Below, piece by piece: positions 50,842-59,521 of a stretch of 64,000 nucleotides of DNA; the first letter of the stretch is position 1, and every line of letters starts with the position of its first letter. This DNA comes from an uncultured Chloroflexia bacterium (GTDB lineage Bacteria; Chloroflexota; Dehalococcoidia; UBA2979). Under the pieces are notes generated by a model. The model had not been told where the DNA came from and did no database searches. It saw nothing but the letters and a program-made list of their open reading frames with translations. The DNA is taken from positions 96,001 through 160,000 of the forward strand of contig CAVSIV010000001.1 in the NCBI GenBank assembly GCA_963728205.1, in the 5' to 3' direction. Both the position numbers and the translations under genes were made by a program.

Positions 50842-53800
50842 TCAGCGGACGCCGACCCCAGAGTGGGGTGACTCACTTCCGTCGCCTCGTGTTCTTACCC
50901 CTACCTCCACCACCCGCGCCAGCGCGTTCGCGAGCTGCATCTGCCGCGGCGTCCGGCAGCGCACCCGCGCGAGCTCGGGGCTCGCGACGACGGCGGCGAC
51001 GCACCGCGCGCGCGAGGTGGCGACGTTGAGCCGGTGCAGGCTGTAGAGGAACTCCATGCCGTGCGGCGCCTCGTCGGCGCTGCTCGTGGCCATCGTGTAG
51101 ATCGCGATCGGCGCCTGCTGGCCCTGGAACTTGTCGACGGTGCCGACGCGGGCGCCGGGGAGCCGCGCGGCGACCTCGGCGACCTGCGCGTTGTACGGCG
51201 TGATCACGAGCACGTCGCCGAGCGTGAGCGCGTGCGCGACGCCCGCGTCGTCGATCCAGGTGGTGCCGGCGTCGAGCAGCGCGCGGACGAGGGCGGCGAC
51301 GGCGTCGGCCTCCTCGGGCGAGGCGCTGGCGTTGCCGTCGTGCGGCACGGGGAGGAAGCGCACGCCGGCGCCGTCGAGCGTGTCGATGCCGAAGGGGGCG
51401 GTCGCACCGCTCGCGTCGGGTGACGCGGCGGGGTTGGCTGGAGCGGCTCGTCGCGGCGACGCGCCGGGCCGCTCGCCGGTCACGACGCGCTGCCGCTCGC
51501 GGCCGGGGTGCGCGTGCAGGCGGCCGTCGTAGAACAGCTCCGACGTCAGCGCGGCGACGGCGGGGTGCAGGCGGTAGGTGCCGTCGAGGAAGAGGCCGAG
51601 CTCGGGCGGCATCGTCTGCGCGTCACCGATCAGGTGGGCGAGCGCGGAGCGGCCGGCGCCGGGCGGGTGCACGCCCTGCAGCGGCTGGTCGAGCTGCTGC
51701 GGGTCGCCGAGCAGCACGAGGTTGCGCGCGGCGCCGGCGGCGGCCATCACGTTGGCGAGCGCGACCTGGCCGGCCTCGTCGACGAAGAGCGTGTCGACGG
51801 CGCCGGCCATCTCCTCGCGGCTCCACAGCCACGCGGTGCCGCCCACGACGTCGAGCGCCGCCTCGTCGCCGGCGGGCAGGGCCAGCAGCGCGGCGACGTC
51901 CTTCGACGCCAGCGCGCGTGCGTCGGCGCACGTCGGCGGCTCCTTCCCCTTCGGCACCTGCCCGATGCGCGGCGCGCGCGCGCCTGGGCGGCGCGCGGCG
52001 GCCTCGACCGCGGCGTCGAGGAGCTGGCCGATCACCTTGTGGCTGTTGGCCATCACGCCGACGCGGCGCCCCGCGGCGACGAGGTCGACGATCAGCTCGC
52101 CGCCGAGTCGCGTCTTGCCGGAGCCCGGCGGCCCCTGCACCGCGAGGTAGGAGGCGTCGAGCGCGAGGACGAGGTCGTGGGCTGTGAGCTGAGAAGCCCC
52201 CCCTTCGAGCGGCACCAGGGAGGGTGCCGATCGTTCCGGGTCGCGGGGTGCCGATCGCTCCGGGTCGCGGAGTGCCGATCGTTCCGGGTCGCGGGGTGCC
52301 GATCGCTCTGGGTCCCCCGGTGCCCGCCGTTCCGCATCGCCCGGTGCCGATCGTTCGCGGTCCGCGTGATCGGCACCCTCCCTGGTGCCGCTCGAACGCG
52401 AGTCGATCGAACGGAGGCGCGGCGGCCGCCGCAGCAGCAGGTCGCGCGCGGCGCGGTAGGGCTCCGCGTCCACGTCCACCCCGTGCGCGACGACCCACGC
52501 GCCGAACCGCCGCAGCGCCGCCTTCAGCACCTGCGCGCCGACGATCTCCTGCGGGATCAGCGACGTCGGCGCCGGCTCGTCGCGCCCCTTTCCGACGGCG
52601 AGCTCGATCCAGCCCGCCTCGTCGTCGACGGCCTCGATCGCGAACCGCTCCTCGGTGACGGGGTCGTATCCGCCGTCCCCGGCGGCGAACGGCTGCTCCT
52701 GCGGCGGGAACGCGAAGCGGTGGACGCGCGACTTGCGCACGTCGCGCTGGTAGCCGAGCGGGGTGAGCTGCCCGAGGGCGTCGCGCTCGCGGACGCGCTC
52801 CTCGTCGGTGAGCTCGTTCTTGAGGAAGAAGTAACGCCACCACGCCGACTTGTCCTCGCGGCGATGGAAGCCGATCAGCTGCGCGAGCAGCCATCGCGCC
52901 GGGCCGCTGCCGCCGGCGTCGTCCTGCGCCGGCCCGCCCGTGGCGGCGTCGACCGCGATGCCCGCGGTGAGCGCGTCGACCAGCGCCTGCGTCTCGTCGA
53001 TCTCCTGCTGCAGGCCATCGCCCGGTGCGCCGTCGCTCGCCACGGGGCGCGGCAGCGGCGCGCCGAGGTCGCGCGCGAGGTCGTCGCGTCGCGCCTCGAG
53101 CCAGTCGCGCAGGTGCCACGTCGACATGCAGTCGTCGCGGTTGTAGGCGGCGATGTCGTCGAGCAGCGCGGCGCGGTCGACGCCCTCCTCTTCGTCGCCG
53201 GTCTCCAGCCACGTCTCGAAGTCCGCGATGCTGTCGCCGGCGGTGCGCAGGTCGGCCTCGCGGCGCCAGGTGCCGGCGTACAGCGCCTCGACCTTCTTGA
53301 TGGAGTAGCTCTCGACCGACGCGCGGATGCCCTGGCGCACGGCCCGGTAGAGGTCGACGAAGACGCCGCCGCGCAGCAGCCGGTCGACCTCCTCCTCGCG
53401 CGTGGCGTAGCGGCCCATCAGGCGCTTCATCGCGGTCGTCTCGTACGCGGCGTAGTGGTAGACGTGCATGCCCGGGTCGCGGTCGAGGCGGTCGATGAAG
53501 AGGTCGACGGTCTGCTCGAAGGCGCGGCGCTCGGCGTCGGCGGTGACGCTCGGGCTCTGCGGGCTCCGCCCTGGGCCGGCGGCGTCGATGGACCAGGAGG
53601 CGTGGAACGTCGGCGCGCCGGTGGGGTCGGGGGCGCCCGGCTCGACGACGCCGAAGAGGTAGTCGAGGCCGTCGATGGCCTCGTCCTCGACGAACGGGTC
53701 GCCCTCGATGTCGAAGAAGAGGTCGCCGGGCGAGGGCTCTGGAAGCATCAGCAGGCCCTGGTCGGGGGTGAGGGCGCCGTCGCGGGTGCGGGCGGGCGGG

Positions 53801-55068
53801 AGCAGCTCGTGGAGGACGCGGCCGGCGCGCTCGCCCTCGAGCTGGATGCGCGCCTGCTCCCGGATGCGGGCGAGGCTGTGGGGGTTGAGGCGGGAGCCGC
53901 GGGGAGCATCCCCGCGGTGCGCCGTGGGGGCCGTGGCTGAGGCGTGCGCGGGCGCCGGCGCACCGCCGGGCTGCGCTCGGCGGTGCGCCCCCGCGGCCGG
54001 TGCGGCGCCCGCGGCCGGTGCGGCACCCGTCGCCGGCGCCGCCACCGGCGCACCGCCGGGCTGCGCCCGGTGGCTGCCGCCGTCCCCCATCGACTCCAGC
54101 GGCAGCTCCAGCACCGCCAGGGCGTCGATGGTGTCCACGCCGCGCTCGCGCAGCCCGCGGCGCTGGCGGGCGGTGATGCCGGCGGTCAGCGCGAGGTCGC
54201 GCGCGTCGCGGCGGGCGCGCGAGCACACCTCGTCCCAGCGGCAGACGCCGCAGTGCTCGACGGGGTCGGGGCGCGTGGCGCGCGGCGGGTACTCGGGCGG
54301 CGGCCCGGCGAGGGCTGCGTCGAACTCGCGGGCGATCATGCGGTAGTAGGCGGCGAAGTCGGCGACGCGGAACGAGACGACCTCGCGCGCGCTGCCGCCG
54401 AGCGCGAGGTGCATGCGCTCGGGCGGGCGGCCCTGCAGGTCGGCGACCAGGTCGGAGTAGAAGCACAGCTGGAGCACGGCCGACGCCTTCGCGTGGCGCG
54501 CGAGCTTCGTGTCCCACACCTCGTAGCTCCACGCGCCGAGGTCGCTCGGCGTCTCGACGCGCCGCAGGAAGTCGGCGCGACCGAATCGGCTCGCACCCCC
54601 GATGCCCGCCGTGCCGCTGGTGCCCGCGGGGGCTCGTGCGCCCGCGTCGCCCGCGGCGTACCGCCGGGATGCTCCCGGCGGGTCGCGCCGTTCGACCGCG
54701 CTCCCTCCTCGCCCTCCACCATCGCCCTCGTCCCAGAACGTCGCCTGGTAGACGACGTCCACCCCCGCGCGCATCGCGTCCAGCGTGGCGGCGGCCATCG
54801 CGCGGTAGTTCTCGGCGCGGGCGGGGGCGTCGTCGCGCCACGGGATCTCCACGACGCGCAGGTCGCCCTGCGTGCGCAGGTCCGCGAGGAAGCGCGCCTC
54901 GTGCTGCTCGCCGCGCTTCGCGACGCGGTCGAGCTGCGGGTCGTCGCGCATCGGTCGCCGCACCAGCCGTGCGACGGCGGCGCGCTCGAGGTTCGCGAGG
55001 TGCGCGCACTCGACGAAGCCGACCAGGTCGGTCGCGGAGTACACGGTGGCGCCGTCGATCAGCTGCAT
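50842..55068 (-). CDS. TM0106-family RecB-like nuclease / RNase H-like / SF1 helicase fusion
   Basis: Start MQLIDG..YSATDL; G.ADFL..YEVWDTK, FFDIEGDP, SYSIKKVE, YNRDDC, QGPPGSGKT, VDEAGQ, LGDPQQL, ITPYNAQV, TVDKFQG, RLNVATSRA. Confidence 0.92.
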   Translation of the reverse strand: MQLIDGATVYSATDLVGFVECAHLANLERAAVARLVRRPMRDDPQLDRVAKRGEQHEARFLADLRTQGDLRVVEIPWRDDAPARAENYRAMAAATLDAMRAGVDVVYQATFWDEGDGGGRGGSAVERRDPPGASRRYAAGDAGARAPAGTSGTAGIGGASRFGRADFLRRVETPSDLGAWSYEVWDTKLARHAKASAVLQLCFYSDLVADLQGRPPERMHLALGGSAREVVSFRVADFAAYYRMIAREFDAALAGPPPEYPPRATRPDPVEHCGVCRWDEVCSRARRDARDLALTAGITARQRRGLRERGVDTIDALAVLELPLESMGDGGSHRAQPGGAPVAAPATGAAPAAGAAPAAGAHRRAQPGGAPAPAHASATAPTAHRGDAPRGSRLNPHSLARIREQARIQLEGERAGRVLHELLPPARTRDGALTPDQGLLMLPEPSPGDLFFDIEGDPFVEDEAIDGLDYLFGVVEPGAPDPTGAPTFHASWSIDAAGPGRSPQSPSVTADAERRAFEQTVDLFIDRLDRDPGMHVYHYAAYETTAMKRLMGRYATREEEVDRLLRGGVFVDLYRAVRQGIRASVESYSIKKVEALYAGTWRREADLRTAGDSIADFETWLETGDEEEGVDRAALLDDIAAYNRDDCMSTWHLRDWLEARRDDLARDLGAPLPRPVASDGAPGDGLQQEIDETQALVDALTAGIAVDAATGGPAQDDAGGSGPARWLLAQLIGFHRREDKSAWWRYFFLKNELTDEERVRERDALGQLTPLGYQRDVRKSRVHRFAFPPQEQPFAAGDGGYDPVTEERFAIEAVDDEAGWIELAVGKGRDEPAPTSLIPQEIVGAQVLKAALRRFGAWVVAHGVDVDAEPYRAARDLLLRRPPRLRSIDSRSSGTREGADHADRERSAPGDAERRAPGDPERSAPRDPERSALRDPERSAPRDPERSAPSLVPLEGGASQLTAHDLVLALDASYLAVQGPPGSGKTRLGGELIVDLVAAGRRVGVMANSHKVIGQLLDAAVEAAARRPGARAPRIGQVPKGKEPPTCADARALASKDVAALLALPAGDEAALDVVGGTAWLWSREEMAGAVDTLFVDEAGQVALANVMAAAGAARNLVLLGDPQQLDQPLQGVHPPGAGRSALAHLIGDAQTMPPELGLFLDGTYRLHPAVAALTSELFYDGRLHAHPGRERQRVVTGERPGASPRRAAPANPAASPDASGATAPFGIDTLDGAGVRFLPVPHDGNASASPEEADAVAALVRALLDAGTTWIDDAGVAHALTLGDVLVITPYNAQVAEVAARLPGARVGTVDKFQGQQAPIAIYTMATSSADEAPHGMEFLYSLHRLNVATSRARCVAAVVASPELARVRCRTPRQMQLANALARVVEVGVRTRGDGSESPHSGVGVR
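52204..52396. repeat. Intragenic palindromic element: perfect 29-bp inverted repeats enclosing ~24-bp tandem units (REP family 4)
   Basis: 52204-52232 TTCGAGCGGCACCAGGGAGGGTGCCGATC is the exact reverse complement of 52368-52396; internal GTGCCGATCG(T/C)TCCGGGTCGCGG repeats; reading frame preserved. Confidence 0.9.
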
Positions 55069-55246
55069 CGGGGGGACTGTAACGCGGACGACCGGGGTGG
55101 CGCGCCCGCGCGCCCGGCACCGTCCGGCGCCCGCGGCGCCCAGGCGCCTGCGGCGCACCGCCCGGCATGCGATGGCCGCGGCGCCTGCGGCGCACCGCCC
55201 GGGTACCCCGGGCGGCTTCCGTAGTCGTCCTGGTCCGCACTCCAAC

Positions 55247-55281
55247 CGGAGTTGCAAACTCCGCGGGAATTGCAACTCCGG
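55247..55281. promoter_or_regulatory. Inverted repeat upstream of the TM0106 gene (operator or terminator)
   Basis: CCGGAGTTGCAA-N11-TTGCAACTCCGG in an AT-richer patch; a third TGCAACT at ~55311. Confidence 0.45.
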
Positions 55282-55448
55282 GCGCTGAAAGTTGTATTTG
55301 ATCCGCGACATGCAACTGCCGTTGGATTGGACCGAGCGCGTGATCGGGCCGCACGACGGCGGCCGAGGGGTACGTCGAGGCGGTCGAAGCTCGCCGGGAC
55401 GCCGGCGCGTGCCGCGCGCCGGCGCCGCGCCGGTCCCGGCGGGTCCGC

Positions 55449-55697
55449 CTAGCGCGTCACCCGTGGCGAGTGCGGCTCGTAGAGAAACTCGGGGCTCAAG
55501 TCCGCGCCGTTCGGCCACGTCACGGTCCCGAGCACGCGGTCGACCGTTGCCTGCGCAAATGCGCGCCGGTCCCGCAGCGGTTCGAACATCTCCCCGGTGA
55601 GCAGCGGCTCGATGTCGACCTCGCGGCGCACGCCATCGTCGAAGGTCACGGCGATCACGTACGGGCGCAGCACGACCACATCAGTGACGACGTGCAC
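55449..55697 (-). CDS. DUF2442-domain protein
   Basis: V..V......I.VTFDDG..REVD......GEMFEPLRD...F.........TVTWPNGADLSPEFLY; RBS AGGAGG. Confidence 0.85.
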   Translation of the reverse strand: MHVVTDVVVLRPYVIAVTFDDGVRREVDIEPLLTGEMFEPLRDRRAFAQATVDRVLGTVTWPNGADLSPEFLYEPHSPRVTR

Positions 55698-55754
55698 GGG
55701 CGTCCTCCTGGTCGAGCGGCGCGATGGGATGAGCGACGATCCCGTTGCGAGCCC

Positions 55755-56144
55755 TCAGTCCTTCCGTTCGCACGCCCCGGCGGCGCGCGCGACGGCGTCG
55801 CTCAGCCAGCGGTTGAGGCTCACGCCGTCGGCCTGCGCGAGGGTCACCGCCCGCGCGTGCAGGCTCGGCGGGAGGCGTACCTGGAGGCGGCCGGAGTACT
55901 CGCGGGCATAAAGGGGAGGCGGAACGTCCTCGCCGTCCTCGAGCATCACCTCGATCACCGACGCCAGGGCGTCGTCGACGGCGTCGATGGCCTCGTTCGC
56001 CGTCTCGCCCTCCATCGCGATCGAGGGGAATTCGAGCACGCGAGCGATGTACATGCCGGGCGTTTCGGGGTCGGGGATGAGCATGCGCGCGTAAGGGCGG
56101 GCGGCGAGCCGGGCGGCCCGGGCGCGCCTCGATTCAGTCGGCAT
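55755..56144 (-). CDS. hicB: HicB-family antitoxin
   Basis: YIARVLEFP....GET..EA, C-terminal RHH YSGRLQVRLPPSLH...A...GVSLN. Confidence 0.88.
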   Translation of the reverse strand: MPTESRRARAARLAARPYARMLIPDPETPGMYIARVLEFPSIAMEGETANEAIDAVDDALASVIEVMLEDGEDVPPPLYAREYSGRLQVRLPPSLHARAVTLAQADGVSLNRWLSDAVARAAGACERKD

Positions 56145-56376
56145 CTTCGGCTCCGCTCGCGTCGCTGATCTCGCGAATGATCTGGCGCTTCGTCCCGGTG
56201 GCGCGGAGGCGGTAGGGGAGCGGGATCGACGCGTAACCGGGTTTCGTCCACACGTCCTGGTGCCTCCCTCCTCGACGTCGCGTCCAGCCGGTTGCCATCA
56301 ACGCTCGTTCGATGTCGGCGCGCGTCGTGCCCGCTGGATTGCTCCGCATCGCGTCGAGATCGAGATCGCGTGGCAT
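56134..56376 (-). CDS. hicA: HicA-family toxin
   Basis: 80-aa basic ORF, NP......IERAL...GW..RRGGRH motif, overlaps the hicB start. Confidence 0.72.
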   Translation of the reverse strand: MPRDLDLDAMRSNPAGTTRADIERALMATGWTRRRGGRHQDVWTKPGYASIPLPYRLRATGTKRQIIREISDASGAEDAD

Positions 56377-56409
56377 GCGACGGACGATCTCGCGGTGCGG
56401 GGCGCAGTG

Positions 56410-56432
56410 GCAATAGTAGCACTAAGAATTGC
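56410..56432 (-). promoter_or_regulatory. Putative hicAB promoter/operator
   Basis: Minus strand TGcTACTAT (extended -10-like) inside imperfect palindrome GCAAT..TAGT-AGC-ACTA..ATTGC. Confidence 0.4.
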
Positions 56433-56575
56433 GGGGCCAGACGGCGGCGAGCAGGGAGCCGTGAGGCCGCTGTTTCCGGCGCCGGTGAGGCCCGCCGGCA
56501 CGCTGGCGCGTGCCGTGCGCCGGGGCGCGACCGCCCCTCCGTGCTACCGTCCCCGGCCATGAGGAGCCTCCCCGC

Positions 56576-57851
56576 GTGACCGCGCCCGTCCCGCCCGCCG
56601 CGCCCGCGACCCCGGCGCTCTCGCCGCGCGACCGCCTGCGCGCGGAGTCGCTGCCGGCGGCGGCGCTGCTCGTCGCGCTCTCCGCGATCGCGCCGTTCGC
56701 GGTCGACATGCTGATCCCGTCGCTGCCGACGCTCTCGCGCGAGCTCGGCGCGAGCAGCGGGACGATGCAGCTTTCGGTGACGCTCTTCATCGTGGCGTTC
56801 GCGGGGACGCAGCTCGTGTACGGGCCGGCGTCGGACCGGCTCGGGCGGCGGCCGGTGCTGCTGGTCGGGCTCGCGCTCTTCGTGCTCGGCGGGCTGGCGT
56901 GCCTGGCGTCGCAGTCGGCGGGGACGCTGATCGCGGGGCGCGTGATCCAGGGCATGGGCGGCGGCGCGGGGCCGGCGGTCGGCGCAGGCGATCGTCGTCG
57001 ACGTCTACGGGCGCGACCGCGCGGCGCGCGTGTTCGCGTTCATGGGCATCGCGATGCCGCTGGCACCGGCAGTGTCGCCGATTGTCGGCGGCTTCCTCCA
57101 CGACGCCTTCGGGTGGCAGTCGGTCTTCGTCGCGCTGGTCGTGCTCGGCGTCGTGCTGGCGGGGCTGGCGGCGGCGATGCTGCCGGAGACGAACCCGCGG
57201 CACCGGCGAACGGTGGGCGACGCGCGCGGGCTGCGGGCCGACTACCGCACGGTGCTGTCGTCGCGCACGTTCCTCGGGTTCGCGCTCGTGCAGGGGCTGC
57301 TGTTCGCGGGTCAGCTGCTGTTCATCTCGTCGTCGTCGTACGTGCTGATCGACGAGCTCGGGCTCTCGGCGCGGGCGTACGGCTTCGCGTTCGCGCTCTT
57401 CGCGATGGGGCTGATGGCGGGCGCGACGCTCTCCAGCCGGCTGGTCGCACGGATGTCGCTGCCGGCGGTGGTGCGCGCGGGCTCGGCGGGCGCGGCGGCG
57501 GCGACGGTGGTGATGCTGGCGCTCGCGCTGGCCGGCGATGCGACGGTGGCGACGGTGCTGGTGCCGGTGTTCTTCGTGGGTATCGGGCTGGGCGTCGTGC
57601 GGCCGGCGGCGATCGCGGGGGCGATCGTGCCGTTCCCGGCGATGGCCGGGCTGGCGTCCTCGCTGCTCATCTTCAACCAGCAGCTGGTGGCGACGTCGTC
57701 GAACATCGTCTACGGGCTGGCGGTGCCGGCCGGCACGGTGGCGCTGGCCGGCGGGATGGCCGGGGCGATCGCGCTGGCGGTGGTGGCGGCGCTGGCGGTG
57801 CTGCCGTCGCGGGTCGGACCCGCCGCGTCCACGGGCGCGCCGCCGGGATAG
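56576..57851 (+). CDS. Bcr/CflA-family (DHA1) MFS efflux transporter; one frameshift near 56985 as sequenced
   Basis: PFAVDMLIPSLP, QLVYGPASDRLGRRPVLL, GRVIQG; continues in ORF 57030..57851 with APAVSPIVGG..GWQSVF, LPET. Confidence 0.85.
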
Positions 57852-57899
57852 CCTCGGGTCGCCAGACCGGCACCCGCCGGGATAGCCATCGGGTTGCGT

Positions 57900-58246
57900 C
57901 GGCCGGCGCACCGCCGGGCTCACCCCGGGCGGGCGGCTGGCGCGGGCGTACGCCGGCCGGCGCACCGCCGGGGTTACTCCGGCGGCTGGCGCGGGCGTAC
58001 GTCGGCCGGCGCACCGCCGGGGTTACTCCGGCGGCTGGCGCGGGCGTACGTCCGTCCGGCGCACCGCCGGGGTTACTCCGGCGGCTGGCGCGGGCGTACG
58101 TCGGCCGGCGCACCGCCGGGGTTACTCCGGCGGCTGGCGCGGGCGTACGTCGGCCGGCGCACCGCCGGGATAATCCCGGCGGCTGGCGCGCGGCGACCGT
58201 AGCCACGATGACACCGCAAGCCGCCGGGCTGATCCCGGCGGTGCGC
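57900..58246. repeat. ~49-bp tandem array (about 6 units) of REP family 3 hairpins plus an inverted copy
   Basis: GCGCACCGCCGGGGTTACTCCGGCGGCTGGCGCGGGCGTACGTCGGCCG at 57960, 58009, 58059, 58108 with variants at ~57906 and 58157; inverted AGCCGCCGGGCTGATCCCGGCGGTGCGC at 58219. Confidence 0.88.
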
Positions 58247-58300
58247 TGATGGACCCCGCCCCGCCAGGGTGCGCCCCGGCGAACACGAAAGGACCCGCCC

Positions 58301-59302
58301 ATGCCATCCACTCCCGCGATTGACATGCACGCCCACGCGCTCGTCCCCGGCGTGGAGGAGCTCGTGCGTGGCACGGAGGGGCGTCGCCGCGAGAACGAGG
58401 CGACGGCGCGCGGCACGACGCAGGCGTCGATTGACCACAACCGCTCGCTCGGCGCGACCTACGGGCCGAAGCTGACCGACCTCGCGGTGCGGCTGGCCGA
58501 CATGGACGCGATGGGCGTCGACGTGCAGGCGGTCAGCATCGCGCCCCCGCAGTACCACTACTGGGCCGACGAGGCCCTGGCCGAGCGCATCGTGACGGTG
58601 GCGAACGCGCACATCGCGGGGCTGGTCGCGGAGGCGCCGGATCGGCTCGTCGGGCTGGGGACGGCATCGCTGCAGCACCCGGCGCTGGCGGTCGCGCAGC
58701 TGGGGCAGGCGGTGGAGGGGCTCGGGCTGCGCGGGGTGATGGTGTCGACCCGCGTCGGCGAGATGGAGCTGGCGGACCCGTCGCTCGAGCCGTTCTGGGC
58801 GCGCGCCGAGGCGCTGGGCGCCGTGGTGTTCATCCACCCGATGGGCTGCTCGCTGGGCGAGCGCATCGCTCCGTACTACCTGTCGAACGTGATCGGGAAC
58901 CCGGCGGAGACGACGGTGGCGCTGAGCCTGCTGATCTTCGGCGGGGTGCTGGAGCGGCACCTGGGGCTGAAGATCGTGGCGGCGCACGGGGGCGGATACC
59001 TGCCCTTCTACATCGCGCGGTCGGACCACGGCTGGGAGGTGCGGCCGGAGGCGCGCACGATCCCGCAGCCGCCGAGCGCCTACCTGCGGCGCATCACGTT
59101 CGACGCGCTCGTCTACACGCCGACGCAGGTGCGGCACCTCGTCGACCAGGTCGGCGCGAGCCAGGTGGTGCTGGGGACGGACTACCCGTACGACATGGGC
59201 GTGACTGACCCGCTCGCGACGCTCGCCGCGGTCGAGGGGCTCTCGGAGGCCGAGCGGGACGCGATCCGGGGCGGGAACGCGGCGCGGCTGCTCGGCTTGT
59301 AG
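58301..59302 (+). CDS. Amidohydrolase-2 family protein (ACMSD-like)
   Basis: IDMHAH, MDAMGVDVQAVS, VFIHP, GNPAETT, AHGGGYLP, GTDYPYDM. Confidence 0.9.
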   Translation: MPSTPAIDMHAHALVPGVEELVRGTEGRRRENEATARGTTQASIDHNRSLGATYGPKLTDLAVRLADMDAMGVDVQAVSIAPPQYHYWADEALAERIVTVANAHIAGLVAEAPDRLVGLGTASLQHPALAVAQLGQAVEGLGLRGVMVSTRVGEMELADPSLEPFWARAEALGAVVFIHPMGCSLGERIAPYYLSNVIGNPAETTVALSLLIFGGVLERHLGLKIVAAHGGGYLPFYIARSDHGWEVRPEARTIPQPPSAYLRRITFDALVYTPTQVRHLVDQVGASQVVLGTDYPYDMGVTDPLATLAAVEGLSEAERDAIRGGNAARLLGL

Positions 59303-59521
59303 GGCGGCGGCGGACGGGGGGTTCGCGGGGCCTCGCTGGCCCTCGCGCGCCCGCGGCGAGCAGGGGACGTCAGGCCGCTGTTTCCAGCAGCGCCCGCCGC
59401 CGGATGCCACCCTCGGAGTGAGCGCGTCGCGCGGACCGTCTCCGTGGTAGGCGGCGCCGGCGGCCGCAGCGCCCGAAAGCAGCGGGCTCACGCCACCCTG
59501 CTCGCCGCGGCGCGAGCGGGC

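Noticed and set aside
51508-55354. Long alternative-frame ORFs (51623..55354, 51508..53940; likewise 21375..23819, 28302..30377, 28549..30552, 16578..18563)
   Set aside because: Stop-poor shadow frames expected at this GC content; Arg/Pro/Gly-rich, no motifs, and overlapping well-supported genes.
57900-58246. Possible CRISPR array (regularly spaced palindromic repeats)
   Set aside because: The intervening sequences are near-identical rather than unique spacers, there is no AT-rich leader, and no cas genes are in the window.
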